Position numbers and translations under genes: made by a program. From contig NZ_RSDW01000001.1 of assembly GCF_003945235.1 (NCBI RefSeq), positions 2,700,001-2,732,000 on the forward strand: 32,000 nucleotides of DNA, given 5' to 3'. This document shows positions 16,325 through 24,604 of the stretch, one piece after another. Every line of letters starts with the position of its first letter. Positions within the stretch are counted from its first letter, which is position 1. Under the pieces are notes generated by a model, which made no database searches, was not told the origin of the DNA, and was given only the letters and a program-made list of their open reading frames with translations. Source of the DNA: Edaphobacter aggregans (GTDB lineage: Bacteria; Acidobacteriota; Terriglobia; Terriglobales; Acidobacteriaceae).

Positions 16325-17854
16325 CTATGACTTAGGCGGGGTTTGCGGCTGGGCGAAGTTCCGCATGGGCCGACTGGGTGTTGGGAGTACAGCCATACTG
16401 CGATGCCCGGCCTGACTTACGGAGCGGACCCCGAAGACGACGTTGTCTTTGGAAATAGGTAACTTGATGCTGGTGGCAGAGCCGGCGTTGAGCGACATGG
16501 TCCATGTGGGGTCTTCGGTATTGCGCCAGACAATCTCGTAGGTCGCGTTTGCGGGCATACCTGCAGGGGCGGTCCAGGTGAGTTCGGTGTTGTTGTCGAG
16601 CGCGGCGGTCAAGACATGAACATCTTGCGGCGAACCGGGAGCTGAGGCCAGAGTTGCCAAGGTGGCTGCGTTAAGGCGCGCCACGTTAGCGACGTAGTTG
16701 AAGTCGACGTACTGGAGGAGGTCGCCGTACTGGATGCCGTTTTCGACACGGATGTTCTGATGCTGGTGGTTGAAGTTCTCACGCCACTCGGTAATGCGGA
16801 CGGCGGGGAAGCCTTCGAGGTTAAAACTGGTGTGATCGCCGCCGCGGAGGTAGCGGTCGCGGCGGAAGATGAGTACGGGGTGGAAACCGGGCTCGACGTG
16901 GACGAGGTTGCTGCGGGCTCGGCCGGGGGCCGTACCCTCGGCCACGCGGTGCGGTGTGGCGGTGAAGTACGTAGCGCCGATGTCGGAGACGGCGCGGGCG
17001 AGTTCGCGGGAGGGGGAGTCGTTTTCGGCTCCGAGAGTCTGAATCGCGTGGAGCTGATCGAGTGTTGCGTTGCCAGGGACGCCTTCGGAGAAGACGCGGA
17101 CGGCGGTCTTGTCCTGCATGGTTTCGCCGGGGGTGGTATCGCCGCCGACGATGTCGTTGTTGAGGACGGCTTCGAGCTGCCAGCCCTCGGATTTCGCGAG
17201 TTTGGCGAGATGGCGGCTGCCATTAAGACCCTGCTCCTCACCAGCGACGGCGACAAAGACGATGCTGCTGGGGAATTTAAGTTTGGAGAGGACGCGGGCG
17301 CATTCGATGGAGACAGCTACGCCACTGGCGTCGTCGTTGGCGCCGGGTGCGGGATCGTGCGTGTTGAAGTTGTCAGAGTTGCGGGAGTCGTAGTGACCGG
17401 TGACGAGGACTTTGCGGGCCGCTTGTGCGGGATCGCTGCCGCGCAGGATGGCATAGACGTTGGTCAGCTTGGTGGGCTTGAGGATGCGCGAGGCGGGGCC
17501 GGGCTGAGGCGGCTCGATGAAGTCATCGCGCTTGACCTCGAGGCAGTTGCCGCAGTCGGCGGAGATGCGTTTAAATTCGGACTCGATCCAGTCGGCAGCG
17601 GCGCTGACTCCAGTGTTGGGAGGAAGATCCGTCTCCATGCTGGAGAGGGTGCTGCGGTTGTTGAAGGTGACTAATTTTTCGATGGTGGCGCGGATGTGAT
17701 CGGCAGAGACCTGTTGTAGGGCTTGAGCGATCGCCGGATCGACCGGGACTGGAGCGATGGGCGCGCCTGTCTGGGCTTGCAGAAGTGCTGGAGTAAGCAG
17801 GGAGGCCAATAGGAGACCGGCGAGAGGAGCGAGGGGGCGGGATGCGGTAGTCAC
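16325..17854 (-). CDS. Secreted M28-family aminopeptidase with C-terminal FN3-like domain
   Basis: VLVTGHYDSRNSD, PGANDDASGVAVSIECARVL and VAVAGEEQGLNGSRHLA are M28 metal-ligand motifs. The C-terminal region ...LTWTAPAGMPANATYEIVWRNTEDPTWT... is FN3-like. I prefer the GTG at 17854 (signal peptide VTTASRPLAPLAGLLLASLLTPALLQAQ, AAGGA upstream) over the track ATG at 17968. Confidence 0.85.
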   Translation of the reverse strand: MTTASRPLAPLAGLLLASLLTPALLQAQTGAPIAPVPVDPAIAQALQQVSADHIRATIEKLVTFNNRSTLSSMETDLPPNTGVSAAADWIESEFKRISADCGNCLEVKRDDFIEPPQPGPASRILKPTKLTNVYAILRGSDPAQAARKVLVTGHYDSRNSDNFNTHDPAPGANDDASGVAVSIECARVLSKLKFPSSIVFVAVAGEEQGLNGSRHLAKLAKSEGWQLEAVLNNDIVGGDTTPGETMQDKTAVRVFSEGVPGNATLDQLHAIQTLGAENDSPSRELARAVSDIGATYFTATPHRVAEGTAPGRARSNLVHVEPGFHPVLIFRRDRYLRGGDHTSFNLEGFPAVRITEWRENFNHQHQNIRVENGIQYGDLLQYVDFNYVANVARLNAATLATLASAPGSPQDVHVLTAALDNNTELTWTAPAGMPANATYEIVWRNTEDPTWTMSLNAGSATSIKLPISKDNVVFGVRSVSQAGHRSMAVLPTPSRPMRNFAQPQTPPKS

Positions 17855-18009
17855 GATATATCGTCCTTTTGTGGAAACCAGAATGCTGGAAAAATCGTAA
17901 GCTTGACGTATTGGCGGTATGGCCGATAAAAGAATAGCGGATGCGTCCGCAAATGCCGTTCCTATCATCCTATAGGCGGCAGTGAACCAAAAGCTTTGGA
18001 GGTTTGATT

Positions 18010-18210
18010 ATGGCCGTTGTGTGTCCTGAGTGCGATAATCCGCTGGATATCGACGTTGAAGAGGTGGAAGAGGGCGATACGCTCCAATGCGAGGAGTGCG
18101 GTGTGGATCTGGAGGTCGTGGGAATCGACCCGCTGGAGCTGGCTCCTATGGAAGAGGCCGGCTACGACGATGAAGATCCGGCTCATCTTAGCGACGAGGA
18201 TGATGAGTAA
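18010..18210 (+). CDS. LysW-like zinc-ribbon protein with extended acidic C-terminal tail (amino-group carrier protein family-like)
   Basis: MAVVCPECDNPLDIDVEEVEEGDTLQCEECGVDLEVVGIDPLELAP... follows the LysW pattern CPEC-x(n)-CxxCG-x-LEVVG-x-DPL. The tail MEEAGYDDEDPAHLSDEDDE ends in Glu. GGAGG lies 7 nt upstream of the ATG at 18010. Confidence 0.7.
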   Translation: MAVVCPECDNPLDIDVEEVEEGDTLQCEECGVDLEVVGIDPLELAPMEEAGYDDEDPAHLSDEDDE

Positions 18211-18247
18211 ACGTAGCTATTCCAGAGGGTAGCCGTATACTGAACTT

Positions 18248-18643
18248 ATGAAGCGTTCTTCTTTTGTGGTTGGTTCTTTTGCCTGCTCGTTGGTTGTTCT
18301 GTCCTGTTCGTTGGCGATTTTCCCCGTGAATGTCCGAGCGGCACAGCTGTTTGGTGGACAACAGCGTGGACCTGTGCAGCGGGTGGTGCAGGGTAAGGTG
18401 ATGGATAAAAGCGAGGCGGCCATCAAGGGTGCGGTGGTGTACCTGAAGGATGGGCATTCGTTGGCTGTGAAGAGCTTTATCTCTGACGATCAGGGCGGAT
18501 ATCGTTTCGGGCAACTCTCGCAGAACACCGACTATGAGCTTTGGGCCGAGAGCAACGGCAAGAAGAGCCCGGTGAAGACGATCAGCTCGTTCGATACCAA
18601 GAACCAGTTTGTGATTAATTTGAAGATCGATACCGGAAAATAA
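18248..18643 (+). CDS. Small secreted carboxypeptidase-regulatory-like (CarboxypepD_reg) domain protein
   Basis: Signal peptide MKRSSFVVGSFACSLVVLSCSLAIFPVNVRA, then VQGKVMDKSEAAIKGAVVYLKD...SDDQGGYRFGQLSQNTDYELWA, typical of the Ig-like CarboxypepD_reg fold. Confidence 0.75.
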   Translation: MKRSSFVVGSFACSLVVLSCSLAIFPVNVRAAQLFGGQQRGPVQRVVQGKVMDKSEAAIKGAVVYLKDGHSLAVKSFISDDQGGYRFGQLSQNTDYELWAESNGKKSPVKTISSFDTKNQFVINLKIDTGK

Positions 18644-18844
18644 GCGCTTTTTTTCTGCGGGTGCGTCGAGGATATTTCCCTGATTTTTCGGGGGGTTGGC
18701 AGAGTTGCGGCCGATTTTGTGGTGCAACTAGCGGTGAAAAGTGTGGCAAGTCTGGTTGGATGATGGTGATTGGCTGGTTTTACTGCGCCGCCCGAAATCG
18801 TGCCAACTTTTGAAAATATTTCTGTGGATTTCTTAGGCGAGCAT

Positions 18845-19192
18845 TTAGTCGTCGATGCGGTCGTCGTGGCTGGGGGGTTGGCTGGTCACGACGATGCGGA
18901 GTGGAGCTGCGCTGCGGTTCATGGCCTGATGGGACTGGCCAGGAGCGACTTCGATGCCCTGCCCTGCTTTGAGAGTGAAGTCGTGGTGTTCGATTTCCAT
19001 GGTGAGTTCGCCGGAGAGAACGTAGAAGAACTGGCGGGCGTGGGTGTGGTGGTGGCGCGCCTCGGCGGTGCCGGGGGGCATGAGCTCTTCGATGATGCTT
19101 AGGTCGGGGGTCTTGACGAGGTGCCAGCCGTCGCAGTTGTTTCCCCATGTGTAGTGCTCGGCGGTGGTGGTGTCGATGAGTTTGGCAGGCAT
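18845..19192 (-). CDS. Cupin domain protein
   Basis: 115 aa. PPGTAEARHHHTHARQFFYVLSGELTMEI...GQGIEVAPGQSHQAMN matches the two cupin motifs. Confidence 0.85.
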   Translation of the reverse strand: MPAKLIDTTTAEHYTWGNNCDGWHLVKTPDLSIIEELMPPGTAEARHHHTHARQFFYVLSGELTMEIEHHDFTLKAGQGIEVAPGQSHQAMNRSAAPLRIVVTSQPPSHDDRIDD

Positions 19193-19217
19193 GAGTACAG
19201 GGTATAAGGAATGGGAG
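19190..19217. repeat. 28-nt direct repeat, copy 1 (overlaps the cupin start codon and 5' flank)
   Basis: CATGAGTACAGGGTATAAGGAATGGGAG matches 20743-20770 (CATAGGTACGGGGTATAGGGAATGGGAG) at 24 of 28 positions. Weaker similarity continues on both sides. Confidence 0.6.
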
Positions 19218-19437
19218 TAGAAGGGGGGCTATTTGAGAGGCATCCGATGGCGGTATGTCCTGATAGAGGTAGTTTTAGGAACGCGTGCATACTGAAAGAC
19301 TTTTCTCCTTATGAGGAGTTTCGTCGCAATTGTTTGCATGACTGTTGTATCTGCGGACGTGAGGTGGTTTGCCGGTTATTTGGGTAAACCGTTGGATCGA
19401 TATGTACCCGCTCTATATTCCTGAGCCATAGTACGTT

Positions 19438-19453
19438 TGGCACTGGACGTGCT
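19438..19453 (+). promoter_or_regulatory. Candidate sigma-54 (-24/-12) promoter for the PEP-CTERM gene
   Basis: TGGCAC-TGGAC-GTGCT compared with the consensus TGGCAC-N5-TTGCW, with correct GG-N10-GC spacing. It lies about 130 nt upstream of the ATG at 19581. Confidence 0.5.
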
Positions 19454-19580
19454 CGTTGTATTTGATACCGGGCCAACAATTTAACAAAGACATCCTGCGT
19501 GCGGACTTCGTGACGAGAGCGTGGTTTGTGTGCGCCATTTTTGGCGAGTTGATAACTCAAGCGACAGGAAGGAATTCGAT

Positions 19581-20621
19581 ATGGCAAAACGGCTTTGGGA
19601 CCTGAAACTATTCGTTGCTTCGCTGGCGGCGATTCTGGCGCCGGGACAGGCATTCGGCAATTCCCTTGCGTTGACGCCTCAGGGAATCAACGACGGATTT
19701 ACTCTAAGCACCTTTGCGACCACCGATCCGGGAAACACGGGTTGCTGCAACGGTCCATTCGGTGTAGCGGTGACTTCAGATGGAAATGTCCTTGTGAGTC
19801 CGGTAAACGGTACGAGCTACGTGTTTGCAGATACAGACGGACAGACGCCTGCCTCGGCTCTCTTTAGCCGTAGTTCGAACACTGGGGGAGCAGCGTCGGC
19901 GATTGCAGGGGGGCAAACTTACGGAGCTCAGAACGGTCGTTATGTCGAGTACAACCCCGACGGAACGGTGAACCATATCCTGACGGGAGTTTCTGCGGCT
20001 CCTGATTTAGGGATGTGGGCTAATCCTGTGAATGGGCACCTTATCTCACAGAGCAATGAGGGACTGATCGACATTAATCCGCTTGCCAATGGCGGGTTAG
20101 GTTCGTTCCGAGTGGTCAATGGCGGGGTGTTCGGAGACGGCGTCACTGTCTCGGAGGATGGGACGACGGCATATGTCGAAATCGGCGGGCAGATTGTGGG
20201 CTATAGCATCGCCACCGGCGCTCAAACGTTCGCGTCCGGAGGCTTTGCTGCGTTGTCGGGACCAGATGGATCTGGGATCATCTCAAGCACAAATAACCTG
20301 GACGGCGACATCATCGTGAACTTCAATGGCAACGGAGTTAACACGGGCGGAATCGGACTGCTGGATCCGAACACACGTGTGTTTACGGTGATTGCGACGG
20401 GAGGTACGCGCGGTGACTATGTGTCTCCGGATACGACCAATGGAACGTTGTTTCTGGATTATTCCGATACGGTGGAACGCCTATCCTGCGGGCCAAATTG
20501 CAGTATTGGCGGAACGACGACAGGAGGGTCAACCGTTCCAGAACCGGGGACGCTCATGCTGCTCGGAACGGGGCTGACATTCCTTGGTGCAAAGGTACGT
20601 AGGACAAGAGTGAAGGGTTAG
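19581..20621 (+). CDS. Secreted PEP-CTERM sorting-domain protein (beta-rich, propeller-like body)
   Basis: Signal peptide MAKRLWDLKLFVASLAAILAPGQAFG. The C-terminal VPEPGTLMLLGTGLTFLGAKVRRTRVKG is a PEP motif plus TM plus basic tail. AGGAAGG lies upstream of the ATG at 19581. Confidence 0.85.
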   Translation: MAKRLWDLKLFVASLAAILAPGQAFGNSLALTPQGINDGFTLSTFATTDPGNTGCCNGPFGVAVTSDGNVLVSPVNGTSYVFADTDGQTPASALFSRSSNTGGAASAIAGGQTYGAQNGRYVEYNPDGTVNHILTGVSAAPDLGMWANPVNGHLISQSNEGLIDINPLANGGLGSFRVVNGGVFGDGVTVSEDGTTAYVEIGGQIVGYSIATGAQTFASGGFAALSGPDGSGIISSTNNLDGDIIVNFNGNGVNTGGIGLLDPNTRVFTVIATGGTRGDYVSPDTTNGTLFLDYSDTVERLSCGPNCSIGGTTTGGSTVPEPGTLMLLGTGLTFLGAKVRRTRVKG

Positions 20622-20652
20622 AGACAAAGGCGACGATTTTGGATTGATGGAT

Positions 20653-20677
20653 CGTGGTGGCAGAGTGTGCCACCACG
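20653..20677. terminator. GC hairpin downstream of the PEP-CTERM gene
   Basis: CGTGGTGGC-agagtgt-GCCACCACG (9-bp stem), 32 nt after the stop. No U tract. Confidence 0.4.
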
Positions 20678-20742
20678 GTCGAAATGACCACTTCGTTGAT
20701 CGGTCAGAGAAAACAGTAACTCAGTTTTCGAATTCTCACGGT

Positions 20743-20770
20743 CATAGGTACGGGGTATAGGGAATGGGAG
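20743..20770. repeat. 28-nt direct repeat, copy 2
   Basis: See 19190-19217. On the reverse strand it also ends in ATG, but there it opens only a 13-codon ORF (MTVRIRKLSYCFL). Confidence 0.6.
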
Positions 20771-20852
20771 AAACAAGGGCAAGTGGAACGGGTGGGGATC
20801 GGTTTGAACCGACGAAGTGAGGTTTCCGAAAACTCGACTTTTCAGGAGCGGA

Positions 20853-21434
20853 TCAATCCGCACCTTGCAGTTTCAGCCAGTGACCGGCGCGATAGAAATA
20901 AATGTCGGATGCCTTTTCACAGTAGCCGACCTCAACGCCCTCATGGGCGAGTGACGGCAATTGTTCTAGACCTCCGGCAAGTGCTCTGTTGTAGTCTCTG
21001 ATTACGGCGGGGCTAGCAGCACTCACAGATTCTTCGCAGTCCTGGCCCTCCGGCTCTGTCCCATTAGGGAAAGCTAGTTGGTCGGACTTCCAGCCGTTCG
21101 GATCTGGCGAATAGACGAAAACGCGCTGCAGGACATGCTTGCCGCTGCGGTCCGGGACGTGGCAGACCACCGCCCAATCAAGCGTGGCGTGATCATGAAA
21201 ATGACCGGAAGTGTATGCGCCGGTCAGGCCGAAAGGTCCCGCATAGACCGGAAGTTTGCAATGCTTGGATATCAAGTCAGCTTGTACCTGTGCAGGCAGG
21301 AGGTGCACTTGGTCAGGGGTTCGCTCGCGAACTATAGGAGACAGTGGGCGCTCTGTAAGATTACTTTGGCGGACGCTGGTCGTTTGCGCGATTGCCACCG
21401 AGCACACCAAAGCCAAGAGAATTGAGCACCCCAT
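20853..21434 (-). CDS. Hypothetical secreted protein
   Basis: 193-aa ORF with a hydrophobic N-terminus MGCSILLALVCSVAIAQ. I recognised no motif and saw no clear SD, so coding status rests on ORF length and non-shadow composition. Confidence 0.55.
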   Translation of the reverse strand: MGCSILLALVCSVAIAQTTSVRQSNLTERPLSPIVRERTPDQVHLLPAQVQADLISKHCKLPVYAGPFGLTGAYTSGHFHDHATLDWAVVCHVPDRSGKHVLQRVFVYSPDPNGWKSDQLAFPNGTEPEGQDCEESVSAASPAVIRDYNRALAGGLEQLPSLAHEGVEVGYCEKASDIYFYRAGHWLKLQGAD

Positions 21435-21578
21435 GCGGGCATTCTATAGCCGTTGGATCATCGGAGTCCGCAAAACTGGGTTGGCGGCAAGTTCGCCCTC
21501 GAAGGCCAGCCAACATCTCGAAGTTTCCGAAAAGCGGACTTTCAGGGAACTGGTTTGGGAGCCATCTGCCAAAAGGCA

Positions 21579-22052
21579 TCACGGGGTTTGGGGCTCTTCG
21601 TATGGCTGTTGTAACAATTTACGAGCCTCATCGACAGCACCCCGAGTATTGTCGTTTGTCTCAATTGCCAGTCGGTATTGCCTTACAGCCACATCCCGCT
21701 CACGAACGGTATCGCCAATCTTACCCAGCTGGAGGTGGCTCCAGACTTTGGTCCAACTCGGATACCCGTCGCCCTTCAAGGCGGCAGAATAAGCAAGGAT
21801 GCTGGACTGGTAGTTGCGCTGCTTAAGAAGCAAGTCGCCGATGCAGTAGTTTGTTAGCGAGCTACGCGGATTGTTTTTCAGGTCGGTCTGGTATTCAACA
21901 AACCCTTTGGTCTGATCGCACCGCAAGGGCGGGTGCTGCTCTGAGCTTTGTGCTGCCAGTGGGGTCCGCAAGGTCAGTCCCACGATTAACAGGCTAACTG
22001 CACTCCAGAAAAGGAGGTACCGAATTCGCAAGTTTAGCTTGGCCGTAAACAT
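21579..22052 (-). CDS. Signal-anchored TPR-like protein
   Basis: I prefer the start at 22052 (GGAGGT 8 nt upstream): MFTAKLNLRIRYLLFWSAVSLLIVGLTL... The helical-repeat-like region is YCIGDLLLKQRNYQSSILAYSAALKGD...LQLGKIGDTVRERDVAVRQYRLAIE. Confidence 0.6.
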   Translation of the reverse strand: MFTAKLNLRIRYLLFWSAVSLLIVGLTLRTPLAAQSSEQHPPLRCDQTKGFVEYQTDLKNNPRSSLTNYCIGDLLLKQRNYQSSILAYSAALKGDGYPSWTKVWSHLQLGKIGDTVRERDVAVRQYRLAIETNDNTRGAVDEARKLLQQPYEEPQTP

Positions 22053-22160
22053 TGCAATTACCTCCGAAGCCATTGCTTGTCCATATAATACGGCCCGGCG
22101 AAATACCCCCGATGATGGCTGGGCTGGATCTTCAATCGGCAATTACGGGTTCATAAAAAA

Positions 22161-22199
22161 GCAGCAGCAAAGACAGAAGCAGATTCCCTTCGGGATGAC
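22161..22199 (-). repeat. Dispersed intergenic repeat, module 1 copy (reverse orientation)
   Basis: The reverse complement reads GTCATCCCGAAGGGAATCTGCTTCTGTCTTTGCTGCTGC; compare 2178-2213. Confidence 0.6.
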
Positions 22200-22213
22200 A
22201 ACAAAAAGAACAT

Positions 22214-22272
22214 GCAACGACAACTGCAAAAGCAGGTTCTTCGACTCCGGCTTCGCCGTCGCTCAGGATGAC
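22214..22272 (-). repeat. Dispersed intergenic repeat, module 2 copy (reverse orientation)
   Basis: The reverse complement reads GTCATCCTGAGCG-acggcgaagccgg-AGTCGAAGAACCTGCTTTTGCAGTTGTCGTTGC. It has the same flanks as 2240-2290 and 4373-4428, with a shorter CGGC-gaa-GCCG hairpin core. Confidence 0.65.
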
Positions 22273-22328
22273 ACATCATGGTGACGGTTTAGGTGGTGTT
22301 TGAGGGTGATGTGCGCTTGACAGAGGTT

Positions 22329-23999
22329 CTATAGCGGGATGTTTCCGTGTTTTTTGGGGGGGTTCTTTTCGCGCTTGGTGGAGAGCATGTCTAGCGCTGT
22401 GTTTAGGCGGCGGCGGGTTTCGCTGGGGCGGATGACGGCGTCGACGTAGCCTCGCTCGGCGGCTACGTAGGGGTTGGCGAAACGCTCCCGGAACTCTTCT
22501 ACTTTTTCGGCTCGGATTTCGGCGAGGATTTCTAGTTTTTGTTCTTCGGAGAGCGAGACGCCTTGGGGCATGACGGCTTCGGCGCGACGGAGGGTAGCGT
22601 CGAATTCGCGCTTGTAGACGATGTTGACGGCGCCTTCAGGGCCCATGACGGCGATCTCGGCGGTGGGCCAGGCGAGGTTGACGTCGGTGCGGAGGTGTTT
22701 GCTGCTCATGACGCAGTAGGCTCCGCCGTAGGCTTTGCGCGTGATGACGGTGAGCTTGGGGACGGTGGCTTCGGCGAAGGCGTAGAGGAGCTTGGCGCCG
22801 TGGCGGATGATGCCGCCGTGCTCCTGCTGGGTGCCGGGCATGAAGCCGGGGACATCTTCGAAGGTGATGAGGGGGATATTGAAGGCGTCGCAGAAGCGGA
22901 CGAAGCGGGCGCCTTTGACGGAGGCGTTGATGTCGAGGACTCCGGCTAGGACGGCGGGCTGGTTGGCGACGATGCCTACGGGGCGGCCGTTCATGCGGGC
23001 GAAGCCTACGACGAGGTTGCGGGCGAAGTGCTCGTGGACTTGGAAGAGGTAGCCGTCGTCGACGATCTTAGTGATGACTTCGACCATGTCGTAGGGCTGG
23101 TTGGATTCGTCGGGGATGATGGTCTCGAGGGCGGCGTCGGCGCGGTCGGCGGGGTCTTGCGTGGGGCGGCGGGGTGGGTCGTCGAGGTTGTTGGAGGGGA
23201 TGAAGGAGATGATCTCGCGGATTGCGGCGAGGCACTCGCGGTCGTCGTGCGCCATGAAGTGGGCTACGCCGGAGATTTCGTTGTGGGTGGCGGCTCCGCC
23301 GAGGGCGTCTTTGGTGACGTCTTCGTGGAGGACGGTCTTGATGACGTCGGGGCCGGTGACGAACATGTAGCTGGTCTTCTCGGTCATCAAGGTGAAGTCG
23401 GTGATGGCGGGGGAGTAGACGGCTCCGCCGGCGCAGGGGCCGAGGATGGCGGAGATTTGCGGGATGACTCCGCTGGAAAGGGTGTTGCGGAGGAAGATGT
23501 CGGTGTAGCCGGCGAGGGAGACGACGCCTTCCTGGATGCGGGCGCCGCCGGAATCGTTGAGGCCGATGACGGGCGCGCCGACGCGGAGGGCGGTGTCCAT
23601 AATTTTGACGATCTTGGCGGCGTTGGACTCGGAGAGGGAGCCGCCGAAGACGGTGAAGTCCTGGGCGAAGACGAAGACGACGCGTCCGTGGATGCGGCCG
23701 TGTCCGGTGATGAAGCCGTCGCCGGGGACTCGCTGGTCGGCCATGCCGAAGTCGGTGGCTCGGTGGGTGACGAATTTGTCGGTCTCTTCGAAGGTGCCCT
23801 CGTCGAGGAGGAGGTCGATGCGCTCGCGGGCCGAGAGCTTGCCGAGTTTGTGCTCGCGGGCGCGGCGCTCGGGGCCTCCGCCCTCTTCGGCGATGGCGTG
23901 GCGGGCGGCTAGCTCAGTTAATTTGCGCTGGTGGGGCGTGAGCTTTTGTTGCGGGGGAGCGGGATGTTCGGCGGCTGCCATAGGGAGCGATTTTAGCAA
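22329..23999 (-). CDS. pccB: Acyl-CoA carboxylase carboxyltransferase (beta) subunit, propionyl-CoA carboxylase / methylmalonyl-CoA carboxyltransferase type
   Basis: 556 aa with [56 protein letters not shown] and [15 protein letters not shown]...[10 protein letters not shown]. The start may be the [10 protein letters not shown] at 23981. Confidence 0.9.
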   Translation of the reverse strand: MLKSLPMAAAEHPAPPQQKLTPHQRKLTELAARHAIAEEGGGPERRAREHKLGKLSARERIDLLLDEGTFEETDKFVTHRATDFGMADQRVPGDGFITGHGRIHGRVVFVFAQDFTVFGGSLSESNAAKIVKIMDTALRVGAPVIGLNDSGGARIQEGVVSLAGYTDIFLRNTLSSGVIPQISAILGPCAGGAVYSPAITDFTLMTEKTSYMFVTGPDVIKTVLHEDVTKDALGGAATHNEISGVAHFMAHDDRECLAAIREIISFIPSNNLDDPPRRPTQDPADRADAALETIIPDESNQPYDMVEVITKIVDDGYLFQVHEHFARNLVVGFARMNGRPVGIVANQPAVLAGVLDINASVKGARFVRFCDAFNIPLITFEDVPGFMPGTQQEHGGIIRHGAKLLYAFAEATVPKLTVITRKAYGGAYCVMSSKHLRTDVNLAWPTAEIAVMGPEGAVNIVYKREFDATLRRAEAVMPQGVSLSEEQKLEILAEIRAEKVEEFRERFANPYVAAERGYVDAVIRPSETRRRLNTALDMLSTKREKNPPKKHGNIPL

Positions 24000-24047
24000 G
24001 CGGAGGTAGGTGACGGTTGCTCATTGAGGAACTGCTACCCTGACAAT

Positions 24048-24518
24048 ATGGATATTGGAGCAACGGTTGAACTTTGGCGGCGGGTCTTTTCGCGAGCTTG
24101 TCTCGTTGTAGGTCCATGCTTTCTTGCGATTGCTTTAGGTTTCGTAATCCATACAAGTGTGTTCCTGCATTACAGCATCGCTACGAACGGCAACATCATT
24201 AGCATGGCCTCTAATCGCGACAAAGATGGCAACTCGTTCAACTTCTCCCCTGTCTTTGCTTTTTCCACCAAAGATGGACGGATGTACACCTTGACTTCTG
24301 ATGTCTATTCAAATCCTCCGGAGTACACGGTGGGGGAACCTGTCACTGTACTGTACGAACAGAAGAATCCGGCTGGAGCCAAACTGCGATCCTTCTGGCA
24401 GCTTTGGCTGTTTCCGGTAGCCTTCGGAATTTTAGGAGGGCTTGCGACTTGCACAGGCTATCTTCTAATGCGATATGAGCGTCGGCAGGACAGGCAGAGC
24501 TTATCTATCGCCACATAG
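24048..24518 (+). CDS. Membrane protein, DUF3592-like (TM, beta-rich domain, two TM)
   Basis: N-terminal TM LVVGPCFLAIALGFVI, middle region FSPVFAFSTKDGRMYTLTSDVYSNPPEYTVGEPVTVLYEQKNPAGAKL, C-terminal TM WLFPVAFGILGGLATCTGYLL. The family call is by recollection. Confidence 0.6.
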   Translation: MDIGATVELWRRVFSRACLVVGPCFLAIALGFVIHTSVFLHYSIATNGNIISMASNRDKDGNSFNFSPVFAFSTKDGRMYTLTSDVYSNPPEYTVGEPVTVLYEQKNPAGAKLRSFWQLWLFPVAFGILGGLATCTGYLLMRYERRQDRQSLSIAT

Positions 24519-24604
24519 ACTAGCTTGCGCAGGTGGAGGTATGGATTTGCGGCCAGAGGTTATCGGCGGGGCGTATATTGCGTCGTAGACAGCTGAGGTC
24601 TCCT

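Noticed and set aside
20651-20764. 37-codon + strand ORF (MDRGGRVCHHGRNDHF...) in the spacer after the PEP-CTERM gene
   Set aside because: It has no ribosome-binding site and it spans the terminator-like hairpin and the duplicated motif. It is most likely fortuitous.
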